Translations under genes and position numbers: made by a program
Part shown: positions 1 to 13,537 of the stretch, piece by piece
Numbering within the stretch: the stretch's first letter is position 1
How the letters are laid out: each line of letters begins with the position of its first letter
The notes under the pieces: model-generated
Database searches by the model: none
Told to the model about the DNA's origin: nothing
The model's input: only the letters and a program-made list of their open reading frames with translations
From: Bilabrum cf. latius
Taxonomy: Eukaryota
Direction of reading: 5' to 3'
DNA length: 64,000 bases
Assembly (NCBI GenBank): GCA_965178125.1
Contig: OZ237738.1
Span: 62,001 to 126,000 of the forward strand

Positions 1-34
1 GTGAATATAAGTCCAATAAAGCAACGCATGTCAA

Positions 35-1291
35 TTACTTGCGTTTTGGCCTGGTCTTTCTCCTCGCGGCCCCCGTCGCGCTAGAGGCACTAGCTGCCCC
101 TCCACCTCGTCCTCGTCCTTGCCGAGTCTGCTCCCCGGTCGCACTCGAGCCTCGACCAGCCTTCCAACTATTCTGCGGCCCTCCATCCCTTGTGTCAAGT
201 TCCTCATTCCCGGCCCCTCGCCCCTCAAGCCGGAAGTGGTTGATCAGCTCCGCCATGCGGCCCGCATTCATCTCGAGCCCCTGCAGCAGGCGCTGGCGGG
301 GTCCACCTCCACCAGTGACCGGCGGGACACTGCTCGGATGCATCGGGTGCGAGGATTTGCTACTACTAGCACTGCGGCTGCTCGGCTGCTCCCCGCTCCC
401 GCTGTCTGCTCCACCTGCCCCTGCCCTGTCACCATTCGCTTCACCCAAACCTGTAGCCTCTTCTACTCCGCCAGCAGACCGCTCCTCCCCATCAGCTCTG
501 ACGTCCGCATCCCCCATTTCTTCCTCCTGTCCTGACCCTCCTTCCTCCTCGAGGTCAAGCCCGCCCAGACCACCGCTCTCGACACCCTCGAGGAGCATGT
601 CAGCCAGCTGGCTGTACACGGTCTCACCCCCGCCTGGAGGAGGAAGAGGACTCGATGGGGACCCGCCCCCGCTACCCCCTGCGCTGCGATCATCCATGCT
701 CCTGGCTCCTGCACTGAGAGGCGCGCTCGTCGGACTCCCCTGCCAGCCCCTGAGCAACCCGCTGCCGCCCGAGTCCCGTCGCACGCCCAGCGAAGTCTGG
801 CCGACTCCAAACATCGCCCGGCGAGAGGCGTGTTGTGCTGATCCAAACGCGCTAGAAACGAACACTCTGCCTGTATCATTACTGCTGCCGCTCATATCCC
901 GCCGCGGCCGCTTGCGGTGCGGCCCCAAAGCCTTTGGCAATGATTCTGCTTCGGTGCCTGGGCCTGCCCAGCCCGAGCTGCGGAGGGCAGTGTAGTCAGC
1001 CACAAGCTCCTAAATACCAGCAAGAGTTTTCTAGAGGTGGTCTGCGGCCGCCTCTCTGTTATTTCCCATGGCCACCAGCCTTTGCGCCTCCTCACGTTTC
1101 AAACGATGATAGTCCGTGAGAACATCCAGCAAGGACTAGGCTTGAGCAGCATTTCTAGGTAGGGCCGATGCATCTTTGGTCAGATCCAATGAGTCCACAA
1201 TCAGCTGCTAACAAGTTCTGTGAAACCCCTACGCATGCAAGAAAGAGTAGCACACCGAAAGCGCATGAAAGGACTGCGCACCTGCTTGCAT
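35..1291 (-). CDS. LisH-domain (NPAT N-terminus-like) protein with low-complexity tail, ~418 aa if TAG=Gln
   Basis: One frame from ATG 1291 to TAA 35-37 with 5 TAGs (1229, 1208, 1136, 1031, 1010). The N-terminus CYSFLHA*GFHRTC*QLIVDS...SLLDVLTDYHRLKREE resembles LisH/NPAT N-termini. Confidence 0.6.
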
Positions 1292-1511
1292 TCTCGCAAG
1301 CAACGCAACGGCCTGCTCTCGTTAGCTGGCAGCAGAATCAATAGGAAAAGGAAAGTTTATGTAATCTCGGACCTGAATGGACCTCACCCTTCGTGCACTT
1401 TGAGGCAAGCAATTCGGCCATCGTCACATGCGTCGAGCAACCAGCGTGGGGCAGCATTGCTTCATACAATAAGCTTGACCGGTAGCTTCGATGTCGCCAA
1501 TCATGAATTGA

Positions 1512-2635
1512 ATGGCTGCATTGCTTCGCCGCGCGATCAACCGCTGCCGTCGGCAGCTCCAAAGGTTTTTCGCAAATGTTCGCTCAGGTGAGGTGCTGCA
1601 TGCCAGGGTTAGTGCTGCGTGAGAGCTGTGATACGCCAATAAAAGGACTGCATTTGAGCATTTATCGCAGCACTTGACCCTCACTCGTTTCACGAGCTTG
1701 ACTTGCTTCGCTTCGATGGTGTGGACGACATCGAGCGATTCACAGTCAGCACCGATCGCTCTATGGGTGGAGCATCGTACGCTACGTTCAGTGTGCGAGC
1801 GGCGAGACGAAAGGGGCATGCAGATATTATACGAGGGGTATTTGAGGGCGTAATTTTGGGCCCTCGTATCCGCGGTCACGACCAGACAGATGTACTACGC
1901 CTCGGCGACGGAGGCAACGTTGAGCAGGTCCTGCTCGGCGAGCCGCAGAAGGACTCAGGAGCTCGAGCGTTTGCTTCAAGAGACCTTCGCTCGAACGATC
2001 CCCGCCGCCCATCCGCTGCACGCGAATCCCCCGGCCAGGGAGGGCGCCTGGTGCTGGAGCACGGCGAGTGGAGGAGCGGGGTGGGGGCCGGCAGCCTGGG
2101 CTGGGCTATGACCCGCACCAAGCCAGCAGACGTGTTCCCCAGGATGCCTTCCATGTCAGGTCTGCTGCTCACCGTGCGCGGGGACGGGCGCGCCTACCAG
2201 GTGGTCTGCAAAGGGGGCCAGCGCCAGTTTGGGCACGTCCCGGGTGTCGAGGCAGAGGCCACGTACGTCTGCCACCTGCAGCCCCCGGCGGGGAGGTGGG
2301 TCACCGTGGCAGCGCCCTTCCCGTCCTTCCTGCGGGTGTCTCGCGGGCACGTGTGGGGGGAACAGCGCTGGGAGGACGTGGACAGGTTTGACCTGGGGCG
2401 GGGGCTCAACCCGAACGAGCTCTCCGGACTGGGCTTCTTGCTGGCGGACGGGATGGACGGGCCCTTCTCGTTGGAGGTGCGGTCTGTGAAGGCGGTGAGG
2501 CACATCGAGAAGGTTACGGACGAGGAGGAGGAGGCACTCATACGCGGTGGCCTGCTCGCTGCGAGGAGCCACAAGAAGCAGCCAGGCAGGCAGGGCGAGG
2601 GGCGAGGGCTCCCTAGGGTCGAGGCCGGCGGCTGA
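1512..2635 (+). CDS. CIA30/NDUFAF1-family complex I assembly protein, 2 exons (1512-1587, 1671-2635)
   Basis: Arg-rich presequence MAALLRRAINRCRRQ and a frame-preserving GT..AG intron at 1588-1670. CIA30 motifs DRSMGGAS, LTVRGDGRAY, WVTVAAPFPSF, DGPFSLEVRSVKA. TGA stop. Confidence 0.8.
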
Positions 2636-2644
2636 AAGCATGCT
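1692..2644 (+). repeat. Direct repeat copy 1 (~953 bp) of the CIA30 exon-2 segment
   Basis: Colinear with 14586-15538 (offset 12894). About a dozen substitutions by eye. Confidence 0.95.
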
Positions 2645-3054
2645 TTCATGTGTCGGCACGATTTGCTCTCAAGCGACCCGCTGGTGGATCTCGCAGCAAC
2701 GAACAAGGTAGACATGGTTGAACTGCGCCAACCTTTTGCGATCTAGAATAGGTGAGAATGGTCGCAACTTGAAGGCCGCAATCAAGCTGTTGGCAACCGG
2801 ACCACGACAGGGAGGAGGAGCCAAGACACAGCCAGGGCAATGGCGCAAGCACACAACCAAACAGGAAGGTATTGGCAACCCAGCTTCCAGTTTGTGTGCG
2901 ACCACACCGAAATCCATTTGATAGTAGTAGCGTGTGATTTGGAATACCAAATCCAGATTAAGATTGGTCTCAACGGCGGGGGACCAACTCTGTGGGATAC
3001 TGTATCGTATTGGTATTAGGAATCACGATTACTAGGAATAGAGCACACGTCAAC

Positions 3055-6000
3055 ATGTATGGCGTGGTGTGCGTTCATTTGTGGCCTGTCGCGGCCGTGC
3101 TTGCCGTATGTGAGAGAGAGCTATCGGAATCCTTCAGCAGTACGATAGATCCTGCCTGCTGCGGGGCCTATCTGTGCTGTGCGACCTTACCATTAAATGT
3201 TCCTTTGTTCTATTACTATGCTTGGATCTAGAAGGACCCTAAAGGGAGGCTGTTTGGCTGGTAGTAGTCTCTGCCCAGTTGGGTCAACTTGGTTGGCATC
3301 ATGCGCCTCTCACCAGACGTTGGTCAAGTGGGAAACCTCGAGCATTTTCAACATGCAATCAATCTATGCGCAGTGATACTACCAGCAGAAGCTGGTGTGG
3401 CACAGCGACCAGGTTCCTTGGCATTTGACCAGCTCCGTACTCGGTCACAAGACATCAACCAGCTTAACCAGCTCGAGCACCCTATCGTGCAGCTCCAGGG
3501 CCATATTTTTGGTCCGAACATAAGTGCAATCTCAAGCTCTAGTGGCACTGTCACGGGCGCTGTCGAACCCGGCACGGATTTTGGGGAGTCCATGGTCGTT
3601 GTGCCAGACCTGTGTAGAGACGGCCAGGCAGACCTCCTCGTGATCGTGCCTGGCGTGTGGGAGGCGTACCAGAACCAATGGCGCAGCATGACTGGCCAGT
3701 CATGCGTGGGACATGTTGAGTACTGGAATTTCAACGGGAGTTTTTCGACAGCGTCGAATCACAAGGTGTTTGAGGTGACGCCCGACCAAAATTGCGGTGT
3801 GAGCGAGCCGACGTCATCCGTGTACGCCGACCTGACCAGGCTGGGTGGTCCCTACGGTGCCGCATACCTCGGGGTAGTCCCAGTGGACACGTCTTACTAC
3901 AAGCCATCGACGCGTATTTGTAGTGGCGCAAACACTGGTCAGGCAGCCTCCGCTGAGCCCCATCGAGAGCAAGGCGGTGACGACCTGTGGTGCGCGTTCG
4001 CGGCCGTCGTTTCCCGCGGAATGCACGACAGAGTGCCGCGGATATAGACACTCGGAGCTACGTGGGTATTTCCTCTGAACTGCACCGCCCACCTACCCCC
4101 TCCACCGGACGAAGCCGCCATTGATCCCATGTGCAAGGGGGTGTACAGCCAGACGAACGGTGCCGCCATCTGCGTGCGGGTGAACAATGCGAGCCTGCCG
4201 CAGCAGTTTGACGGTATCTCTGCGCTCCCACCAACCCCCGACGGTCGTCTGGCAATGGGGAAAATATTGCGTGGCATTGGTATCGCCACTCCTGCCATCA
4301 TAGCTGTCGATCCCAACGCTTACGCCTCAATCGACTACGTTCTCCACAGCCGGATCGGGATGATTGATGGCATGAAAGGGTGCAATAGCAGGCATTTCGG
4401 TTCATCGATCAGCACAATCAGGTACGGAAGTACGAGCAATCCGGATGACAAGAGTACCGCCGTTGTCGTTGGTCAGTACGATATTGGCCAGAGCGACTGC
4501 TCAAGCGGCGCTCTCTTCGTCATTCCTGACCCGTTCGATGCGTCCTCTAAATCGCGAGTCATCACGTATGGGCAGCCGGACAAATTCTTTTTGTGGGGTG
4601 CTGGCATTGGCTTCCGATCGATCAACATCGGTGACGTGGACTTGAACGGGGTCGATGACCTGGTTACTAGTACGATCATTGGGGGAGAGCTCTGGGTCTT
4701 GATGCTCTCTCCGGAGCTTGACGTCCCCGATGCCAAATCATTATTCACTGTCCTAGGAGGTGTTGATCAACTGCGCGTAGGAAGACCGCTTGCTGCTCCC
4801 TACAACCCCCTATTTCCTGCTGACACGACTGGCGTAGGCCTCTTTATGGCTGGTGAGCCTTCAATTCAGCTTACCACCGGAGCTGCGTCCGGCCAAATTT
4901 TCATTGTTCACGTAGGACAGCAAGCAGATGGAAATGTTGAAGTCGACTACGTGGCAGGTGGTAGCTCAAGTGATTTGGATGTTTTCATGGACGGGGTGAA
5001 CCCAGAGCTCGTTGCAGGCAAGCACCTCGCTGTCGTGCCTCCATCGCAGCCGTTTGATGCAACCGCAACGAACCCTGACATTGGGTACATCTGTACCGCA
5101 GTTGCAGGTCGATACGTTGCAGTATTAAACCGAACGTACAACCCATATGGCACTAGCAGGCTGTACCCTTTCAACGTAGAGTCGAGCGCTTCCCAGTCAA
5201 CTACTCTGCCTGGTGGACTGCAAGGTGCCTTCGACATGCTCACGTAGGCGGAGCAGCTTGCTCCCCTCGGCGCGGAGGAGCAAGCCGGTCCGACATCACT
5301 GTGCTCGATGCCACAGAACTCCATCCCGGATTGGGGTGCGCAGCCGCTCAACGGGCTTCAAGTATGCAACTCTGTGGCTAGTCTAGATGCAAGCGAAATC
5401 GGTAGCTTTGCGTCGGCTCCTGGGGCGGATGCCGTTTATCTTGCGGTGGGTCGACCGCTGGAGCCGTGCCCGTCCAGTAGGGCTCCGCACGGCTCCAAGG
5501 GTGCAAATGCCTTGGCATGCGGCATCGTCTCATTCGTCGTGCTGCATGGCGACTCCATGACGCTGCAGAAGGAATGGGCATGTCCAGACTGGCTGCAAGG
5601 CTCCAACTCCGCGTTTGGGGCTTCAGTTCGCTCTGTTGGTGTTGTGGGGTCTGATTCAACGGCATCATTGGTGGTCTCTTACTTTGGATTCAAAGGCCTG
5701 TTCACGAACCCTAGCCCTGGACTCGCTCTGATCCGAGATGCTTTCATTGCAGGTGCGAGTCCGTGCCCATTGGTATTGCCGGAACAGGTGAAAATGTCTA
5801 CCACATTGGCTGATGGCGCACCCTTTACCGTGTTCAAAATGTGGGTGATCGTCCCAGCGCAGCATAGCGTTGCGCAAGGAGACCCACAGCCAGGTATCGC
5901 GGTCATTGCAATCGATGATCTCCAGTACGATGTTGCAGCTGCTTGCAAGAATTGTGCATTCTTTCCCGCTAGGATCGGAGACAGTGCGAATTCCGACAGC

Positions 6001-9000
6001 AGCACTAATGCAACCTTTGATGATTGGCTCACCTCGATCGAGACGTGGGAGAGCAGTGAATGCTTGACAGCTGAGAGTGCCAGAGATTTTTCCTATAGCC
6101 CTTGTGGCGGTGGCGTGGCTCTAGGATTCTCCCGTTATCGTTGCACACAGGCAACGATTGAGTTCGGGGCAACTTGGATCGCAAAGTTTAATGACCTGCA
6201 GCGTCCTGTTGCGGGCGGGGTAAGCTGGAGTATTGTGCAGCCAGTAGCACACCAGTGCAACTCGTTTACGGCAGCAGGAGCTACCGGGTTCGGCTCAGTT
6301 GCGATTCCCGTTGGTGACATTGACGGAAACGGTGCGATCGATTTCGCCATTTCAATGACAACGGGGCCTGGCTACTACGGGTATGGCAGCATGTCTAACA
6401 TTCTCGGATACGTGTGGGTTGCAAGGCTGTACTGCAACGGAACCATGATCGCCATTGATCAGCTGGTGAACACCCCGCTCGTTGGTGAAGCATTTGATAA
6501 CGTGTTCTATTATGGGGACTCGATGGCTCCACTCGGTGATATTGATGCCAACGGACAGGTAGACTACGTCGTGGCTTCGAGAAACAAGAACGACTAGAGC
6601 CCTCCAATATACCTTGCGCTGGCCGATTCTAATGGCCGTGGGAGTCTGTTGTCTTCGTTCCAGGCCTTGCCAGGAGTGCAGGCCGCAGTGACAAACTCCA
6701 ACGGTGGCACCAACCGAAACGATGCAGGCACTGTGCCGAGACTCGAAACTGTCCAGACGTGCTTCAGCTCCAGCAGTCGCACCCAGCAGACGAATGCTTT
6801 CGCTGTTATCCTGTGCAACAACAATATCGTCATGTTTCGATGCTCCAGTGTCTAGACCTCTATTGCAGAGCCCGCATTTCGAGATGACGGGTCGATATCG
6901 CTTAGTGGGCTGCACGTGGCAGGTGGGATGCAAAAGATCCAGGTTGCTGGCCTTCCCAAACCTGTCAACACGATTGGAATCGCTCTGCATGCCTCCGTTG
7001 AGCACGTACTGAGGGATCACTCCTCCGCCGCAATTGGAATCGTGAGAGTGCTGCAGCATTCTCTCGATCCATCAACCGGGACTTACAATGCCGAACTGTT
7101 GGCCGATGTTGAGCAAGGGTTTGCCTCCAAGGCACCGCTGAAGTGGTGCTAGGGGACAAGCTGCGCGATTCAGAAGAGTACTGTGTCGTACGCCTCGCCA
7201 ACTGTGACGGGACTTGTCGCTGGTCTAGTCAACTAGACCGGCGGTGTCGTAACCATAATCGGCGAGGACGTGCAGGACAGCGAGATGAGCATCAACTACT
7301 CCTTCTACTCAAATGGTACTGGAGAAGTCCTGAAATGCTCTAGCCTGAGTTTTGAGTCGTCATCAAGACATCAATGTTAGTTGAGTCCAGGTGTCGGCAT
7401 CGATTGGCATCTGCAGGCGCATTGGCACCGAGACAAAGTGCCGCTGGGTGGGTGCCCTGATCCCGAGTCTTGCCTTGTATCATTTGCACCACCTGGGACG
7501 CTGCAAGTGCAGTGGAGGTATTCGTCGCACTCGCCAGACAATACATGGCACGACGGGAGCTCAATGCTAGACTACCCCTAGTCCAGCTGGAATACTAGCG
7601 ATCTGGCTGACTATAGCTTCGCAGGCGACGATTTGAGCTGCTTCAACACGTCGTTGCCTGTACATGAGACTGTTCGCTCCCTGTCTATCGGCTAGCTCAA
7701 TCTCATGGATCCACCAATGGGGTACGAAGATTGCACGTGCAAGTGGAGTATGGCAAGCTTGGCTGGCGCTCGTATCGAGTGCCTTAGTTGTCCTCTGTCG
7801 CGATTCGTCAGTGGCAACACAGTTAGCCTTTCCGACCTCTCTCACGGATTGCTGCGACTGCCAGCTTCGATTTCTCTTGGCTTCAAAGGTACGGACTGGT
7901 CACACTTTTCTAACTCTACGACTAGCTCTGCACTGTTCGTGCAGCCAGCTCCGCACGCAACACCTGAATACGTCAAAGCTTCTACAGTTGATCCGGCTGG
8001 GGATATGCTTGAATTGGATTTTGAGACAGATACAGGAGATTTCATTCGTCGCTCGGGATTCATTGCAAGAGTGGAATTGTTCTGCAAGAAGCACGGAAAG
8101 GAAGCCGTCAAGTAGTGCCAGGACGTCAAGTCGAGCTACGTAGAGAGTTTCTGTGGGAGCGAATTGAAGTACCCCGAGTGCTTGGACGCTCGCGTACGCG
8201 TTTCAAGCCTTACAGGTGGTGGCGATCTGCTGCAACCCGAAGCGCAGGAGCTTCTTGGCACCCATGCCAAGCGCGCTACCACACCGCAGATTTGCTCTGT
8301 ATCCACCACGGGGCTCAGTAGCGTGCTTGTGTCGCCATGGATAGTGTCGGTCACCCCGTTCAGCTACCATAAACCCCAATTTGCGGAGAACGGTACCTGT
8401 ATTCGCGGGCCTTCAAGCAAAACGTGGATTGCGCCATGCATGAATGGCTCGCAGTACTTTCACACAAGCTTGGGCTTCTGCGTGCCTTGCCCATCTGGAT
8501 GCCAGTGCCCGAACGGGGCGACACAGAAGGAGGTGTCTGCGCAGCGTGGCCACCGAGTCATTGTCCCTCCGTGTACACGGCCCGATGCGCCGATGCTCGT
8601 AGCTTGCGAAGCCTGTTAGGAACAGGAGAACTGCGAAGAGGAGCATGATCTACTCGGCGAAGGCAACGCGTGGAGTGACGACGACTGCAAGTGGCTGTCT
8701 TGCGAAACGAATTCCAGCTGCATCAGCGTGCAACAGGGCTGCAGCAAAAAATTCTCTGGCGTAGGCTGTGCCGAGTGCGCGAGGAATTTTTACCGGGAGT
8801 GGGGTAGAACACCCGAATATACAGAAAAGTGCAGGCGGTGCCCGCCGAAATCGAAAGTTTTTAGAAAGTTCTGGACACATCGGATGGTTTTGTGTGCGAT
8901 TTTCGGCTATGCTGCCATATATGTAGCTTTTACCGTGTGGGAAGGGAAAAGAACACTCGTGGAGGAAAACGTGATCGAGTTCATGCTGCACTCGACCCAG

Positions 9001-11829
9001 ATCCTGATTGCCTTGCTCTCATCTTCGAGCACTGAAGAGACCTCGTCGTCTGAATTTGATGATGTGCTTGCCATCATTCTGAACTATGCGGAGCTGACTT
9101 CATTCCATAAAGTCGCACCGCAGCTTCTGACGTGCCCAAGCTCAGAAAGGGAGACTCTCAATGATGGACTGCTGTCACAAGCCCGGGCGTCCGGACTGTA
9201 CGTCAGGCTGCTCATGGTACTGGTAATGCTATTGCTGCAATCCTGCATTGTGTGGATTGTGCCATGCGTTTGTCAGTACCCAAGGCAGCGCACTTCTGCC
9301 CATTCTGAGGCCAGGCAACGTCTTGGGCGGAACTCACCAATGATGTGCGGGTGCATCCCACAGTGCAGCTGTGCCCAACAATCGTTAGCTATGCAACATC
9401 CTGATGGTCGTGCGGTTGGAAGTGGTTCACACGGCTCTTCAAACAACCATTTGGCACGTGCACAGAAGTAGATTGCAACGCCTTGCTGCGATGGAAAGTG
9501 CATTGAGCTACCGCGGACATTCCTGCTGTGCTTGGATCGGTCTCTTGCCGCGCTGGTGCTCATGTTCAAGTTCATGTACATCCCTACCACAAAGCTTGCA
9601 ATATCGCTGCTACAAGAAGTAGATGTTAAAGTCGATGACAATGATATCCTAGGCCCCGCGGCGGAGAGCCCTCGAATGAAGGAGAGTCTGACTGTTTGGA
9701 CGAACGGATCAGCTGCTGAGTACGGCTTGCCACGAATGGAGAAGCCAGGCTATAAATCATATGGTCCTTCATCATTAACTACTGAAGGTTCGAGCTCAAG
9801 ACTTCAAGTGCTTGGCTATTGTCTTTTCTGTGTCGTCTTTCTGGGCCTCGCCTTGCAGTTGGTTGGTCAATCGTACTTGGGCAGTATTTTGGGAAGACGC
9901 CGAGCAAAGGTGAAGTCCAAGCGAGTCCAACGAACCACTGCTGTTGGTAACCAGGCAGCACATGCCGAGGATCAGGCGGTAGCACTGAGGGAGCCACTTC
10001 TCAGGTAGGATTCCTCGGCGTCTGAGAGCACAGCCTCGAGCCTTTCTGAGCCAGACTATGGTCGGCAGGTGTCTCCAGCATCACACCCGCCACCGCTTGG
10101 TACTCCATAGGATTGTGCTCAAACACTGGTACTCCCAGGCAGCGCATCAGATCTCCATCACTCGCATGGACATCAACCACGATTCCATGAGCTAAAGTCG
10201 GAGCTCTTCTCTGGTCTCGCAGACGACACCAAGTTCTGGTGGGTCCACGCAAGCACTGCAGGGACAGTCGCAATCATTGCCCTTTCAGTGACAAACATTG
10301 GGATTCTGGCAGTTCGCATGTGCTGGGTCATCGTGGTCCATTTACTTCTCACGGTCTTACAGTACTGCGGAAGGCCGCTCTCCACACCTGACATGCGAGC
10401 AGTTGGAATCGCAATTAGGTTGTTGTCGGTTGTCTCAACCGCTGGAATCCTAGGAATTACATCGCCAACGGACAAGGCTGCATTGGAAAATACGTTGGGG
10501 GAATAGAACAACAATAAGAAAGGATTGTTGCGACATTTGTAGCTCATCGTGATTGTGCCATTCATTTTACAGCTTGCCTTGGGGGTGTCTGTGCTCATCG
10601 CGGAGTGCCGCCGCCGGCTGCTTCACGACGTCGGGCACATAGCGGATTCCGGTATCCTTCCACTTCAAGACAGCCAGTGTCCGTGCTGCTGCCTGTGGTG
10701 CATCCGTTGTGGCCTTCTTGATCGAGTGATGTGCGCGAGGATCTGCGGTGGCGGACTCATCTACTGCAACTGGTTTGGACGCTATGGCTGCTGCTAGGAG
10801 TTCTGCGGGAAAGCCGCACTAGTATCCAAAGATGTGCACGCGTGCCTGGAAAGCCCACCCTCATGTAGGTCTACACTGTGCTGCGTGCGCACACCTGAGC
10901 TTGGCAGCATCCGCACCAGACGTATCACAGGCAGACACTTCATCGCCGGCCCAGCTGATACGGTAATTGGAGCTGGCTGCGGCTGCATGCCGTTCGCCCC
11001 AATCGAAGACTCTGTGATCGTTGTTGTGGGAGAATACCTCGAGGCCGAGGTCGCTCGACTCTCAGGTGAGACTCCCGAAGAAGCCGCAAGGCGTTTTCTG
11101 GCTGTCCATGAGGTTGGGCATGGGCTACACGAAGAAACGTTTCGAGAAATCGTCCGCTAGTTTAGCCTGTCCGGATCATCAAGCCCGCACGAGTCTCTCA
11201 CCAGACCACAGAGAAGCGCTCAAGCCACTACAGGTCTTACCGCGCAGCGGCTCAGAGCATCTTATCGTGCACCGCGTTAGAACAGTGGAGGCAAGGTCGG
11301 CAAACCACGTGGTGGAGCTGCATATGTCCCTCCGCAAATCCAACATGAGAGGGTGCTGCAGTCAAGCATAGCAAGTGCAATGCAACACAAACCCTCGCTT
11401 CCTCCCACAAGTGGATTGCGCATGTCGCATCGTCAAAGCTCCCACTCGCCAATTGCTGTGGGTGGCACTACCGGTTTGCTTCTGCCTCTGCCTAATGCGC
11501 CTGGTGCGCGCAATATCCACCGAAACCGCAGGGCAGTTCCGGGTCTGCTACCCACCGTTGCTGGACAAGGAAGGAGCGTGAGCCAGGGTGCAGTTGCCGA
11601 ACGCGATCTACGCTCAGGTAGAGCTAGTGTTGGGGGGCTGCTGCAACGTGTGCTTGCTCGGGCTATCTCGGGACAGCAAATGCAAAACGTTGATGAAACC
11701 GAGTCGGGCGATGGTGGCAGTGCGGGACTTGAGCTGCACCCGCGCCGTGTCTCAAACGATGTCAGCTCCGCAGGAGTACTTGATGAGCTGCAGTCGCTGC
11801 GAATGAGTGCGGATGATGAGCTCGGATGA
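3055..11829 (+). CDS. Giant intronless surface/receptor-like protein (~2,924 aa): signal peptide, FG-GAP repeats, IPT/TIG-like, CUB-like, Cys-rich region, multi-pass TM region, cytoplasmic tail
   Basis: All frame +1 ORF pieces (3289, 4129, 5308, 6649, 6916, 7381, 7705, 8164, 8728, 9532, 10288, 10549, 10834, 11353) are separated only by TAG (~22). No in-frame TAA/TGA until TGA 11827-11829. Motifs IGDVDLNGVDDLV, VGDIDGNGAIDFA, LGDIDANGQVDYV, MLELDFETD..RSGFIA, CVPCPSGCQCP. Hydrophobic segments after ~8880. Confidence 0.8.
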
Positions 11830-13537
11830 TATATGGTGCCCTGCGGCAACTACATGACCCTCAATGGATGGCATGCCATCGCTCTAGAGTATCACGCGCT
11901 ACAGGATCACACCACCGTGCAATGCAGGCCTTGCATTCATTGGTTTCTCCAGATTCAGGCGAAGACGTTCCCAGCCAAAGTAGGCAAGGCCCCGACGGGC
12001 TAGAGGTGTGGACTTGCCCTGCTGCAGAAGACGGCCCCTTGTCCTCGCTGTAGCATGTGTGACACTGTGGTGCTCATGAACGCTGCCCTGCACGGCAGCG
12101 GTGACTCTCAGGTGTGGCCATTCGATCCAAGCGAAGTGGTGCATACGAAACGGCGCACCAATTAACGGCTCTCTCCTACTGCATATCTGTTTTTCTGCCC
12201 TCGGGCTTGGCTGCATAAAAATTCGGTGTGGCCTTTGATTGGACGTACTAGAGGAGATGTGGTGCTTCTGCGGTATGTCATCTTTGCTTTAAAGTACCAC
12301 CCGCGGTGTGGGTGGGTTTGACCAATTCGGTAACATCAAGGTGACCTACACATTTGCAGATTGACTTGTTCTCCACTCCCTGCTCTGACAATGTACAGTT
12401 ATGGAGCCAGCACATTGCTGGATCAGAGGACACCTGGCCACACCCCTTGTCCCGTAAAGGTCCCCCGAGGGGACCACTACCGCATTGAGCTCCAGACTCG
12501 TAGACACACCGGGTCACGCATGTTGCCGACGGCGTGGCGAACAGGTTTACCATGCTCCTGCCGGCGCTTACGAGACTGCGCCACACATCCATCCCGCTGC
12601 CTGCAGCGCATCACATTTTCTTCGAGTTTGAGGCATCTGTCCATGGCAGACTACAGCCCATGTGGCTGAGGCGCTTGCCTTTGGTGGTAGCAGGCGCGAA
12701 GGTGAGTCAATGGGAGACATCACGGGAAAGCCGGGGCTGGAAGGCCTCGACCAAGTGTTCAATACAGCCGGGAGCAGCAAGGTGAGCAGACGCTCAGCTT
12801 GCCTACGGTTTGCATGGGCGGATGACCTGCCATGGCCTCGATGGCGGATAGATCGTTGTCGGCGTGTGCTGCATCGTGCATTCAGCTGAGGAGGTCAGCA
12901 TTGTCTCCCTCGCGCTGATGCGCATGCCCTCTATGTATTCAGGAGAGCGGTTGTGATTGGATTGTTTCATCCACACATCGCTCGAGACGATCGGGTCCAC
13001 GGCGTCGCGGTCCAGACTGACCTCACAAGGCCGAAGGTCTGCAGACGACGAGTCTTGACTGATAGTGCTCTGCTGTACCAGGAAGGGCCACTCTGCGTGG
13101 TGGGATCCGGCCAATCGCAGAGGAGCAGCTTGACACAGGTGGTCCGGCCGATCGCACGAGTTTTAGGCAGTGATGCGTCTGGACCGAGTTCCAGTTGTGT
13201 TTGAGATGTTTGTGAGATGTGGCAGTCAGCATCTCCAACCGAGGTGCTCACGTGCGGGTCACAAAATGGGGCTTGTTTGCTGCAGAGATCGGCGGCAGCA
13301 ATCTCGATCTGAAGAAGCCATATCGGGTCGTGGCCTACGCGCTGCAGCTGCATTTGGTGATAGCTACTTCTGCTGCGTCGTACTTTATTTGTCAGAGCAA
13401 ATGAAGGGGGGTGGTGTATGTGCTCTTTCGAGCCCCAGATACGCCTGCCGAGGGTAGCGCACTTGCACAACTTTGTTAGGCGTTGCCATGCCTGCTTGAA
13501 ACAGAGACTAGGTTGCGCGTGCACTCTTTCATCGTAA

